A stretch of DNA of 32,000 bases from Pyrodictium delaneyi (GTDB lineage: Archaea > Thermoproteota > Thermoprotei_A > Sulfolobales > Pyrodictiaceae), in the NCBI RefSeq assembly GCF_001412615.1, contig NZ_CP013011.1, positions 1,530,001 to 1,562,000 of the forward strand, written 5' to 3'. Under the pieces are notes generated by a model. The model saw nothing but the letters and a program-made list of their open reading frames with translations, ran no database searches and was not told the origin of the DNA. Positions 7,151-16,253 of this stretch are shown piece after piece. A program made the position numbers and the translations under genes. Each line of letters starts with the position of its first letter. Within the stretch, counting starts at the first letter, position 1.

Positions 7151-9076
7151 CTAGTAGTAGTACCATATACTCTTGTAGTCCTCTGGGTCCTCGCCGAATA
7201 CCTCCTGGAGCTTATCGAGGTACATCTTTATGGAGACTATGTCTGTGTATATGTAGGGATCTACTAGCTGTATATTCTTCTCCCAAGGATGCCAGAGGTA
7301 GACGCGACGGCCATCAGGCCTTATCATTATCAGCTCGTGGTCCTGTCCAGCGCGTAGGTGGTTCTTGCCGAGCCTAGGCACATTGAAGACCGGCTCCTCT
7401 GTGCGGAAGCTGCCTGGTAGTAGGCGCGCCTCCTCCTTGCGCTCCTGTAGTATCCTCGCCACCGGCACTAGATAGTCCTTTGTCTCCCACTTACCCTTGG
7501 GGTAGAAGTTGTAGTATGGATCTATCCCGGCCTTCTTCAGCGCTATTCTTAGTGCTACTGTTTCGAAGCGGCGGCTCACCCAGAACGTATACACCTGCTG
7601 GTTGTATATCATTAGACCGTTGCGGCGCAGCTTGAACGCTGCCTCAGCTACCTCTGGTGTTACCTCGTAGGCCGACTCAAAGTGTGACGATATTGTTATG
7701 ACGCGTTTACCCGGCTCTATGTAGCTGCCGAGCATCTCTGCTAGCTCGTCAGTTATCCTGAAGGGAACCGTCACGAGTATGCGTGTACCTATCCTTATGA
7801 GATCCACATGGTCTAGCTCCGAGAGCCTCTTCACGATATGCTCTATCATATCGTCGCTGAGTATCATCGGGTCGCCTCCTGTAACTAGCACGTCACGTAT
7901 TTCGGGGTGCTCGGCGAACCAGTCTATTGCCTTGTCTATTAGCTTCTTGGTGGGTATACCCTCGGGGTCCATTGCTGTTGCTATCTCCCAGTTACGCTGA
8001 CAGTAAACGCAGATCTGTGGACACGTGTTAGCCGCCTTTAGTATAGCCACCATGGGGTAGCGGCGCGTTATGAGCGGGTGCGGGCTCGTGTCATGTTCGC
8101 CCATGAAGTCGAAGTAGTACTCGCGATCCTTACGATGCTCTATCATCATCTTGACATAGTGGAGCGGCGGTAGCACTTGGCGGCGCACATGATAGTCACG
8201 GCGCCACGGTGTTTCGAGGTCGAAGAGGTGGAGGTAGTAGGGTGTTACACCGAATGGTACTTTATACTCTAGCGCGTCCATGAGTGCTTTGACGTCGTTT
8301 TCGCCGAGATGGGCTAGCTCCTGAAGCACCTTGATTCCACGACGTCCCTTCAACACGTTGCGGAAGTGCCAACGGTAGTCCCTCCAATCATCCATGCTAC
8401 CGCCTAGGACATCTAGTATCCGCTTTACATTCTCCTTCCTCTTCTCTATGACCTCGGGGTCGAGGCCACTAGGGTACCGCTTCAGATATTCTCTAACTTT
8501 CTTGGCTAGCTGGTCTAGATAGTTACTCCGTGCCACTCCTGCCTCACGGCCCTTTATCCTGTTGAAGTCTACTTGCTCAAGGCCCTCAGCATACTTAGCA
8601 GGATATATGTCGGGACGGCCGTTTATCGCTTTAAAGAGGTGTTTAAACTCATATACGAAGCCCTCATCAACCTCCTTGGCTGCTTTCTGGCCATCCTTGG
8701 CAAGGCGCCAGAGATGGTATAGAGCACTATAGCCGGTGAGCTTCTCGTTCCTCGGAGCTATAATGTTCTTAAACACTCTTATCGCGTCTCGCGCTATTGC
8801 CTCGATGAGTGGATGCAGTTTACGCTCGCCGCTATAGAGGCTCCACTCGAGCTGATTCAAGTAGAGGAAGAGGCTCCGCCGGGCATCCTCGAGATTGCTG
8901 GACGTGACTAGTATCTCCTTTATGTTGGGATCCTCGCTCCAGAGGAATTCGTCAAGGTTTATGTTTACTGCTGGCTTGGTTATCTGTAGTGGCACCTCTG
9001 TACGGTGTATACGTGAGTAATCGTATTGCTCCACCATCAGCGTTTGCATAGCCCGAGCACCCGGTACGAGCTTCAA
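7151..9076 (-). CDS. KamA-family (lysine 2,3-aminomutase-like) radical SAM protein with a ~225-aa N-terminal extension
   Basis: CPQICVYC (CxxxCxxC) lies at nt 8000-8023. DVLVTGGDPMILSD and HVDLIRIGTR are present. The KamA N-terminal signature DDWRDYRWHFRN...VTPYYLHLFD begins at about aa 228. The track start is TTG 9076, and ATG 9049 (MQTLMVEQ) is an alternative. Confidence 0.85.
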   Translation of the reverse strand: MKLVPGARAMQTLMVEQYDYSRIHRTEVPLQITKPAVNINLDEFLWSEDPNIKEILVTSSNLEDARRSLFLYLNQLEWSLYSGERKLHPLIEAIARDAIRVFKNIIAPRNEKLTGYSALYHLWRLAKDGQKAAKEVDEGFVYEFKHLFKAINGRPDIYPAKYAEGLEQVDFNRIKGREAGVARSNYLDQLAKKVREYLKRYPSGLDPEVIEKRKENVKRILDVLGGSMDDWRDYRWHFRNVLKGRRGIKVLQELAHLGENDVKALMDALEYKVPFGVTPYYLHLFDLETPWRRDYHVRRQVLPPLHYVKMMIEHRKDREYYFDFMGEHDTSPHPLITRRYPMVAILKAANTCPQICVYCQRNWEIATAMDPEGIPTKKLIDKAIDWFAEHPEIRDVLVTGGDPMILSDDMIEHIVKRLSELDHVDLIRIGTRILVTVPFRITDELAEMLGSYIEPGKRVITISSHFESAYEVTPEVAEAAFKLRRNGLMIYNQQVYTFWVSRRFETVALRIALKKAGIDPYYNFYPKGKWETKDYLVPVARILQERKEEARLLPGSFRTEEPVFNVPRLGKNHLRAGQDHELIMIRPDGRRVYLWHPWEKNIQLVDPYIYTDIVSIKMYLDKLQEVFGEDPEDYKSIWYYY

Positions 9077-9265
9077 TCGCGTAGATTAGCGGCTTAAGTG
9101 TCTGCCCCCACTCGTAGCGGGAATCCTACACCATACATTTCTTCTGGGCATACACGCTTTCTACCCAGGAAGCTGTCCCTGTCTTCCACGATAGAGCAAT
9201 AGCACCAACCGTGTAGGGTAAAGACCTGGCATCAAGCATCAACCGAAGCAACTATCGCTTGTTGC

Positions 9266-10294
9266 ATGGCATCCCTAGCTCCCGGGGATGGTGCCGAGTT
9301 GGCCCTACGCGGTAGCAGCCTCAGGATACAGAACCTTACTGTGGCTATCGACGGCAAGACCGTACTAGATGACATAGACTTTGCTTTAGGGAGTGGTAGC
9401 TACCTAGTAGTCTTGGGGCCCAGTGGCTCTGGAAAGACAACCCTATTAAGGACTATTGCAGGGCTTCTTGACCCTGTAAGCGGCAGCATAATTGTCGATG
9501 GACAAGATGTCACCGCTCTACCACCGTGGAAAAGGGATGTAGCATTTGTTCAGCAGATACCCGGGCTTCTCCCCCATCTCACCGTAGAGGAGAACATAGT
9601 TCTCGCAGCAGAGCTGAGAGCTGGTCTAGCACGAGACGCCGCCAGGAGCGAGGCATGGCAGCTAGCTAGAATGTTGGGTATAGAGGATATACTGCGCCGA
9701 AGGCCTGGACAACTCAGCGGAGGACAGCTCCAGAGAGCCGCTATAGCAGTAGCGCTAGCCACAAGAGCTAGAATACTGCTGCTCGACGAGCCTCTTAGCC
9801 ACCTGGACAGACCTCTTGCTGAACAGTTGCGGAATGAATTGAAGAGACTCCACCAAGCCACTGGCATCACAATAGTGCACGTGACCCACGACCAGGACGA
9901 AGCACTGGCCCTTGCAACACACATAGCTGTGCTCATAGATGGCAGGTTAGAGGCCTTCGATAAGACTGAAAAGCTATACTTCAGACCCCCAAGTAAGCGC
10001 GTAGCAGAGTTCTTAGGCCATAATGTCTTCGAGGCGGAGAGGCTCGACCCTGGAAGACAAGGCCTCGTCTCCCTACCACCAGAGGCCATATATATACATC
10101 TTGATGGAGGCTATAAGGGAGTGCTACGCAGCCTCACCCGAGAGCGGGGCAGAGTAGTCGCCTCCATAGAGACCCCTGCAGGCACCATTCGCGCTTACAT
10201 CCACCCACTTGACGCCGAGAAACTCACGACAGGCATGCAAGTGCGCTTTGACGTAGACTGGAGCCTCGCTCACCGCCTTAGCAGAAACACGTAG
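9266..10294 (+). CDS. ABC transporter ATP-binding protein, importer type, with a C-terminal TOBE-like domain
   Basis: Walker A is GPSGSGKTTLL, the signature motif is LSGGQLQRAAIAVAL, Walker B is LLLDEPLSHLD, and the H-loop is VTHDQ. About 100 aa follow as a C-terminal extension, as in the CysA/PotA/ModC/MalK class. No permease or binding-protein gene is adjacent. Confidence 0.9.
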   Translation: MASLAPGDGAELALRGSSLRIQNLTVAIDGKTVLDDIDFALGSGSYLVVLGPSGSGKTTLLRTIAGLLDPVSGSIIVDGQDVTALPPWKRDVAFVQQIPGLLPHLTVEENIVLAAELRAGLARDAARSEAWQLARMLGIEDILRRRPGQLSGGQLQRAAIAVALATRARILLLDEPLSHLDRPLAEQLRNELKRLHQATGITIVHVTHDQDEALALATHIAVLIDGRLEAFDKTEKLYFRPPSKRVAEFLGHNVFEAERLDPGRQGLVSLPPEAIYIHLDGGYKGVLRSLTRERGRVVASIETPAGTIRAYIHPLDAEKLTTGMQVRFDVDWSLAHRLSRNT

Positions 10295-10318
10295 AGGCAT
10301 GTAAAGCAACTACAACGG

Positions 10319-11197
10319 GTGCCTTTCGTGGATAGGAGACTACACCATCGCTATACAGTTATGTTAGCTGTAGCCGTTGGGATTATAGTTGGCATAGCAG
10401 CCTATGTCATAGCACAGAGTACTGCAAAGCAAACTACCCTAGACGAGACTACACCCATCACAAATACTGTATACGGTAACGGCTTCTGTATTGTACACTC
10501 TAATCATACTTTCTGCAGCTCCTATATAGTCATTGAAGGCTCTTCAGTAGTCTCTGCTGTCAGGCTATCCGTTGGCAACTCTAGCTTACTAATCCCCCTT
10601 CCCGGGGAAGGGATATCTTTCATAGACTGGCTGGAGATAGAAGTTAGCATACAGCTACCGCGCGGCCCTGGCATACTACTACTCCATCCAAACCCATACA
10701 CTGTCCTTACAGTCTACTTCAACTGCACTAGCCTAGCGCACGAGATAACGACTGCAGCCAGCACTACACAGCTGGTCACCGTTTACAACTTGACTATACC
10801 CTCTGGCAGTGTGTCGTCGGTAGAGCTTAACGGTGTATACCCCAATGCCAGCCACGCCTACTATATAGTAGTAAAGCCAAGCCGCAAAAATGAGGGTATG
10901 ATTGACGTTAAGCTGTTTCTAGGACAGGACAGAGTGGCATGGGAACGTATAACGGGGGATGGAATAGACACACTAGTAGTCCCACTGGGTGGCGTCCTGC
11001 GGCAAAACCGCGAGCTATACTATACACGGCTCACTCTAGTCTACGAGTCTAGCCTAGACAACACTACATCTACCGGGCATTTCAAGGCGATGATGTACGC
11101 TTCTAGGCCGCTTATGCTAGACCTTGACTTGCTTGACGGCTCTTCTCTCCGGCTCATACTCCCCATAGCAACTCCCCCCGAGCCTGCTTCCGGCTAG
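10319..11197 (+). CDS. Hypothetical N-terminally anchored surface protein, rich in N-glycosylation sequons
   Basis: The hydrophobic anchor MLAVAVGIIVGIAAYVIAQ starts at the internal ATG 10358, which is the likely true start. Several N-x-S/T sequons follow (NHT, NSS, NCT, NLT, NAS, NTT). I recognise no family. The 3' end overlaps the convergent PAP2 gene by 81 nt. Confidence 0.5.
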   Translation: MPFVDRRLHHRYTVMLAVAVGIIVGIAAYVIAQSTAKQTTLDETTPITNTVYGNGFCIVHSNHTFCSSYIVIEGSSVVSAVRLSVGNSSLLIPLPGEGISFIDWLEIEVSIQLPRGPGILLLHPNPYTVLTVYFNCTSLAHEITTAASTTQLVTVYNLTIPSGSVSSVELNGVYPNASHAYYIVVKPSRKNEGMIDVKLFLGQDRVAWERITGDGIDTLVVPLGGVLRQNRELYYTRLTLVYESSLDNTTSTGHFKAMMYASRPLMLDLDLLDGSSLRLILPIATPPEPASG

Positions 11198-11893
11198 CCT
11201 CCAGCCAGCAATACTCGCTACAAGTCCTAAGAGCACGCCTGCCAGCACATCGGCTAGGTAGTGGTTAGCCGTGTAGAGCGTAGAGAGCGCCATCAACCCG
11301 ACCCATAGGATGCCTATAAGCTTCTTGCCACGTAGCCGCCAGTGGTAGTAGGCAAATATGACTGCTATACAGACGTGCATACTGGGCATAGCCGCAAAGG
11401 GGTTAGGGTCTATACGGCTCCCGAGAACCAGCTCTGCCAGCTCTACCAGGAGGTTCGGGGGCCTCGAGACGCCAGGTATCGCTATCCAGGGCGGCGCAGT
11501 AGGCCACAACGCGTAGACCGGTATAGCAGCTATACTAGCTAACACGAAAGAGGTGGTGAGACAGCGGAAGAGATGCCTATTTTTCACCGCAGTGTAGGCC
11601 GCGAAAGCCAGGAAGTATAGTGGATGAAACGCATAGATGATGCCAGTTATTACGTCTAACAGTATACTCCGGTGCATAGATAATAGCAGTGCCAGGGGCT
11701 TCCCGAAGAGCGTCGTCTCCAGCCTTAGCAGAGGCTCATAGACTATCACGCCCCGCAGGGCTAGGGCTACACCGCGGGCTAGCTCGTAACCAGCGTAGGC
11801 TGCCAAGAAGGGCATCATGTCTAGGAGTAAGCGTAGAACCTTGCTGCTACGCTGCCTATAGGCGCATGTAGCCCCAGCAACGCCTCGGTCCAT
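11117..11893 (-). CDS. PAP2-superfamily integral membrane protein (Aur1/Ipt1-like PAP2_3 type)
   Basis: The protein is multi-pass and hydrophobic. PSMH (PAP2 C2-like) and NHYLADVLAG (HxxxD, C3-like) are present. The subfamily call is from memory. Confidence 0.7.
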   Translation of the reverse strand: MDRGVAGATCAYRQRSSKVLRLLLDMMPFLAAYAGYELARGVALALRGVIVYEPLLRLETTLFGKPLALLLSMHRSILLDVITGIIYAFHPLYFLAFAAYTAVKNRHLFRCLTTSFVLASIAAIPVYALWPTAPPWIAIPGVSRPPNLLVELAELVLGSRIDPNPFAAMPSMHVCIAVIFAYYHWRLRGKKLIGILWVGLMALSTLYTANHYLADVLAGVLLGLVASIAGWRLAGSRLGGSCYGEYEPERRAVKQVKV

Positions 11894-12047
11894 TACCCGT
11901 CAACACCTTAGCCCTACCTTCCCGCCACTAAAGACCCCAGAGAAGGGATAACGGCGAACACCAGGGTCCGAGTCGAGGGTGGGCCTATTGTGGCCCTAGA
12001 GAGTGGCTCAGCGGGAGTCCTCTCAATAACTTGGGCAACCAGTCCCT

Positions 12048-13127
12048 TTATGTATAGCTGTCGAGGGTACCCGTGCCTAGGCTGCTTAGGTCGAGGTAAC
12101 GCTGAGCAATCCTCCACCCTGAGCCGAGCAGCCGGCGAAGAACGTGTAAGCTCAGTTCCCCACGTGCACGAGCTGCTATTATCCTCCGGGCACGTCGCGG
12201 CCCTATCCCGGGCACGCGTAGGAGCTCCCATAGGCTAGCTGTCTCTGGGTCCACGGGGAACCACTCAGGATGCGCTTGGGCTAGCCGCCTCTTCAGCGAC
12301 ACCAAAGACGGCGGAATGTTGCCCTCGTCGTCTAGAAGAGGTTCTAAGTCGCGCAGCCGGAAGCCATAGTCGCGTATCAAGGTCTCAGCTTCGTAGAGCT
12401 GTCGGCTCCTCCAGAGCGGAGTTGGCCTACGCCGCACCCGGGCCAGGGCTGTGCCCGGCACTGGGGTATAGGGACTAAAATGTATACGACCAACACCCGA
12501 GCCAACGAGATACTCTACAAGCTTGAGCACGTCGAGATCACTCTCACCGGACGCCCCTAGGACGAACTGCGTGTCTACATGGCTCGGGTACCGGGTTACC
12601 GAGGCTGCATATAGAAGGCGGCTTAGGAGATCAAGGTTCCAGCCACCCTTACTCGGCGCGATCTCGGCGAAGAAGCTCGGCCCAGGTGCTTCTAAGTTCA
12701 AACCGACGCGGTTTGCTACGCGAAGCGCTTCTCGTATCACCCAGCTCGGGGTTCCAGGCATCAGACGAAGGTGGATGTACCCCTTGTAGCCGCGGCGCCG
12801 AAGTTCCTCAGCAACCTCCACTAGGTCGAGGCTGACACGCTCCGGGTCGCCGTAGAATCCGCTACTGAGAAACAGTCCACGGACAAGCCCCCGACGATAG
12901 GCTTCTAGGAAGACTCGTACCAGCTTACTACGGTGCCACATCTCCCTAGGCGTTCTCGTACCACTTGCAAAGGGACAATAACGACAATCCATACGACAAC
13001 CACTGCTCAAGAGTGTCTTGAAGAGGGGGCCGCCAGTACTACGGTAGACCGGAATCTCGACACGTTCGAATCGCTCGGCTCCTTCCAAGAGTATGCTAGG
13101 GCTCCGCCACTTCCAGCTCCACGCCAT
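12048..13127 (-). CDS. Radical SAM protein with a C-terminal helix-hairpin-helix (COG4277 / putative DNA modification-repair radical SAM type)
   Basis: CRMDCRYC (CxxxCxxC) lies at nt 12975-12998. The C-terminus carries LLRVPGIGPRRARRIIAARARG, a helix-hairpin-helix (GIG-type) motif. Confidence 0.8.
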   Translation of the reverse strand: MAWSWKWRSPSILLEGAERFERVEIPVYRSTGGPLFKTLLSSGCRMDCRYCPFASGTRTPREMWHRSKLVRVFLEAYRRGLVRGLFLSSGFYGDPERVSLDLVEVAEELRRRGYKGYIHLRLMPGTPSWVIREALRVANRVGLNLEAPGPSFFAEIAPSKGGWNLDLLSRLLYAASVTRYPSHVDTQFVLGASGESDLDVLKLVEYLVGSGVGRIHFSPYTPVPGTALARVRRRPTPLWRSRQLYEAETLIRDYGFRLRDLEPLLDDEGNIPPSLVSLKRRLAQAHPEWFPVDPETASLWELLRVPGIGPRRARRIIAARARGELSLHVLRRLLGSGWRIAQRYLDLSSLGTGTLDSYT

Positions 13128-13411
13128 AGAGCCTCCAGGACCCCTGGTGAATACTTCCAGGTACTACCTTATAGCAGCCATAGAGCTAAAGGAGAGACTG
13201 CTAGATATTTTTGATGTCTCAGAGGGCTACGACAAATGAAGGACTACTATATCTGGCATGGAACAGTCCAGTGCTCCCATTCACCCTCTTAGATGATGAA
13301 CTTACCGACAGTTTATGATCCTCCTAGTGCTCCCCCATACCATAATCCATGCCTGCACGCCACGAGGAATGGTAGCTTAGGCTTCTGAAAACACACTGAA
13401 ACCAGTTTACA

Positions 13412-13855
13412 TCACTTAAGTACATCCCATCCCAGACCGAGAAGCACAACCACTACTACACTGTACGCCATAATTGCTCCAGCAACAACAACGTATGTTG
13501 TTCCGGGTATTCCTGGCACAGGAAGAGACCAGAGGAACACGCTAGCAACTACGCCTATAGCAGCGAGTACACCGCCTATCTTTCTTGCGTTCCAGAGGAA
13601 GTAACCTGCTACAACCTCAATAGCGTTTGTCACTAGATAGAGGACACTCCAGCCGGCTAAACGGTCTGCCTCATGGATCGTAATAGTTTGCCCAGAAATT
13701 ACCACCTTCCCTCCAGAAGCAAGCACGTCAAGGCTAGCAAGCAGAAGCACAAGTCCAAGTACGATCCCAACAGTGCCGAACACCAAGAGGAGCAATGCCG
13801 CAGCAGTTATAAAGCCCGACCGCTCTCGGCAGACTCCAGACATCATATAATGCAT
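13412..13855 (-). CDS. Hypothetical membrane protein (about 4 TM)
   Basis: Four long hydrophobic segments are visible (AALLLLVFGTVGIVLGLVLLL, WSVLYLVTNAIEVVAGYF, GGVLAAIGVVASVFLW, VVVAGAIMAYSVVVVVLLGL). No family recognised. Confidence 0.55.
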   Translation of the reverse strand: MHYMMSGVCRERSGFITAAALLLLVFGTVGIVLGLVLLLASLDVLASGGKVVISGQTITIHEADRLAGWSVLYLVTNAIEVVAGYFLWNARKIGGVLAAIGVVASVFLWSLPVPGIPGTTYVVVAGAIMAYSVVVVVLLGLGWDVLK

Positions 13856-14018
13856 CCCCCATTACCATATACACAACGCAATAAGTTTAACTAGACTGTC
13901 AACAAATGGACTATTCCCTTAAGCCCAAGCGATTATGATATTACAATAATAATAACAATATAATAGTGTGGAAGGATGTACGCCAATGATACTGGATTGT
14001 TAAAGATGGCGTAAGGGT

Positions 14019-15089
14019 CTAGGCCAGTATCTCAGATAGAGCTTTGAAAAGCCTCTCGTAGGCATCCTCGGGGAGCCAGCCCATAGTAGCTATTCTTACC
14101 ACTTGATCCTTGAGACTGCCCATGCCTCTAGCGACCCTTATGCCCCGCTTGGCTAGCTCCGCCGCTAGCCTACCGCTTGGGATCGGTGTGTAGAATGCTG
14201 CCACTGTGTTGGCCCTATACTCTGGCTCTACTACTGGTTTGAACCCGAGTCCGGGAAGCTTGCTATATAGTAACTCTGCTCTTTCTTGGTGCATGTTTAT
14301 CCAGACATCTAACCCCTTTTCGACAATGAGTCTAAGCGCCTCACGTAGCCCATATAGCAGGTTCACCGCCGGGGTATAGGGGGTTTCTCTTCTCTCACTG
14401 TGGAACTTGTAGACCTTCCAGAGGTCGAGATAACTCGGCGGCTTCTTAGTTACACGCTTCATCTTTTCTAGCGCGTCCTCGGAGACTGCGACGAAGGATA
14501 CGCCAGGAGGACCTGCTATAGCCTTCTGAGCAGCTGATGCGACTGCATCAACAACACCGGGCGGCGGCACGGGCTCTCCCGCAAGCGCTGAGACCGCGTC
14601 TACTAGCACGAGAGCTCCACAGCTCTTAGCCTTCTTAGCTATGTACTCGACGTCTCGGTAGCTTAGACCGAGGCTTGTCTCTGTATACACCGTTGCAACG
14701 GCACTGTACTCCTTTTCCTCAAGCTTCTCTACGACCTTTTCCGCGGGGACATGCACTCCTGGCCTCTCTGCTTCGAGGATGTCAACCCTTGCACCCCTCT
14801 GTGCAAGTGCGTTCGCTAGTCTTTCACCAAACTCGCCGTGACTGACAACTAGTACCTGTTCACCTGGCTCAACAATACTCCATGTCATCGACTCTACAGC
14901 GAGTGTACCGCTACCCGTTAGTACAAGTGGCTCACCGCCTTGATAGACCTTTGCGAGAAGTTCCCTGACATCATCTAGGAGTTGGCGGAATTCCTCGGAA
15001 CGATGGCTGACAACCTGCCCTATCATAGCCTCTAGTGCACGTTTATGCATCATCACCGGGCCTGGTGTGAATAACAATTCTCCGCGCAT
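14019..15089 (-). CDS. Class V (AGXT/archaeal SerC-type) pyridoxal-phosphate aminotransferase, probably phosphoserine/serine aminotransferase
   Basis: LFTPGPV, YTETSLG, VLVDAVSALAG and SAAQKAIAGPPG (Schiff-base Lys context) are present. The start lies 3 nt after the stop of the upstream dehydrogenase gene, which indicates an operon. Confidence 0.85.
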   Translation of the reverse strand: MRGELLFTPGPVMMHKRALEAMIGQVVSHRSEEFRQLLDDVRELLAKVYQGGEPLVLTGSGTLAVESMTWSIVEPGEQVLVVSHGEFGERLANALAQRGARVDILEAERPGVHVPAEKVVEKLEEKEYSAVATVYTETSLGLSYRDVEYIAKKAKSCGALVLVDAVSALAGEPVPPPGVVDAVASAAQKAIAGPPGVSFVAVSEDALEKMKRVTKKPPSYLDLWKVYKFHSERRETPYTPAVNLLYGLREALRLIVEKGLDVWINMHQERAELLYSKLPGLGFKPVVEPEYRANTVAAFYTPIPSGRLAAELAKRGIRVARGMGSLKDQVVRIATMGWLPEDAYERLFKALSEILA

Positions 15090-15092
15090 GGC

Positions 15093-16121
15093 CTAGCAAC
15101 CTCTCGCATCAGCTAATGCTTCTATGAGCTTGCGTGCTGTTTCTACGGCTACGCGGCGCTGCGCCTCTATCGTAGAGGCTCCAATATGCGTCGTCAGTAT
15201 GACTCTCGGATGAGCAGCTAGTTTCCTCTCTGCCTCGGTTTCGGGAGGCTCGTGCTCAAGCACGTCTAGAGCAGCTGCACCAACTATACCTTCCTCGAGA
15301 GCCCAGAGTAGCGCCTCGCTGTCAACAACTGCTCCACGGCTCGTGTTTACTAGTATCGCTCCACGCTTCATAACCCGGAACTCGTCCCAGCTCATGAGAT
15401 GGTACGTGTCCGGCGTTAGGGGTACATGTAGTGTAACGGCGTCAGCTTCAGCTAGTGCATCGTGGAGGCTATGCGCCACGCTGACACCAAGCTTTTCAGC
15501 GTAATTACTTATATCAACAACATCGTAAGCTATTATATCCATACCTATGGCTTTAGCTATCTCTGTTACGCGGCGCCCTATCCTACCAAAGCCGATCACA
15601 GCAAGCGTTTTACCGTACAGTTCTACACCCATCACTTTCTTCCAGATACCTTTCCTGGCAAGTTCTATTGATTCGTGAAGCCGGCGAGCCGCTGCTATGA
15701 GCAACGCGATTGTTAGTTCTGCTACACTCTGTGTAGCTGCACCAGGAGCATTAACTACTCTTATGCCATGCTCGTGAGCCGCATGAACATCAATGTTGTC
15801 GAGGCCTACTCCAGCACGTGCTATCACTTTCAGTCTTTCCGCTCTCTCTATGACTACTCGGTCTACTTTAGTACGGCTACGCACTACTAAAGCATCGTAC
15901 CCTGGTATAGCTACGAGGAGTTCGCCTCGTGTTATTCCAGGCCGGTAGTCTACCTCAAGACCCGCTGCCTTCAAGGCCTCGAGGAGAAGCCCATCGACAG
16001 GATCTGTTACGAGAACACGTGCCCCCTCGAGGCATGGGCGCAGCTTTTCAAGCTTAGTTATTTCAAGGCCGAATCCAACGGCACCACCTCCTCTATGAAG
16101 AGCTCGGCTCTCGTGTTTCAA
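15093..16121 (-). CDS. serA: D-isomer-specific 2-hydroxyacid dehydrogenase, short D-3-phosphoglycerate dehydrogenase type
   Basis: RVLVTDPVD, the NAD fold [23 protein letters not shown] and [10 protein letters not shown] are present. It is coupled to the aminotransferase gene. The only in-frame start I can find is TTG 16121. Confidence 0.8.
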   Translation of the reverse strand: MKHESRALHRGGGAVGFGLEITKLEKLRPCLEGARVLVTDPVDGLLLEALKAAGLEVDYRPGITRGELLVAIPGYDALVVRSRTKVDRVVIERAERLKVIARAGVGLDNIDVHAAHEHGIRVVNAPGAATQSVAELTIALLIAAARRLHESIELARKGIWKKVMGVELYGKTLAVIGFGRIGRRVTEIAKAIGMDIIAYDVVDISNYAEKLGVSVAHSLHDALAEADAVTLHVPLTPDTYHLMSWDEFRVMKRGAILVNTSRGAVVDSEALLWALEEGIVGAAALDVLEHEPPETEAERKLAAHPRVILTTHIGASTIEAQRRVAVETARKLIEALADARGC

Positions 16122-16253
16122 GTCCCCCGCAGCGCTCTATGGGCCAGGAACACAGCTCTCCCACCAATCTGTATTTAAGCCTTAATCCTCTCTTACACGG
16201 GTGCTGAAGAAAGACTGAGAGAACCCATTCCCCAAGGACGCTAAGCGTCGCAC

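Noticed and set aside
6828-7267. The track ORFs 6828..7013 (+) and 7031..7267 (+).
   Set aside because: The first is Tyr/Ile/Thr/Cys-rich AT-driven sequence with no start context. The second runs into and overlaps the 3' end of the KamA-like gene, and it spans that gene's terminator T5 tract and hairpin.
11914-12238. The track ORFs 11914..12231 (-) and 11990..12238 (+).
   Set aside because: Both overlap the well-supported 3' end of the radical SAM gene, including the region encoding its HhH domain. Their products are Arg/Pro/Ser-rich with no motifs.
13292-13400. A C/D-box sRNA: GATGATGA at 13292-13299 and two CTGA boxes at 13385-13399. The repeat AGTGCTCCC also occurs at 13269 and 13326.
   Set aside because: The C-like and D-like boxes are about 90 nt apart. 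There are no internal D'/C' boxes at guide spacing and no terminal stem. The 9-nt repeat is too short to interpret.
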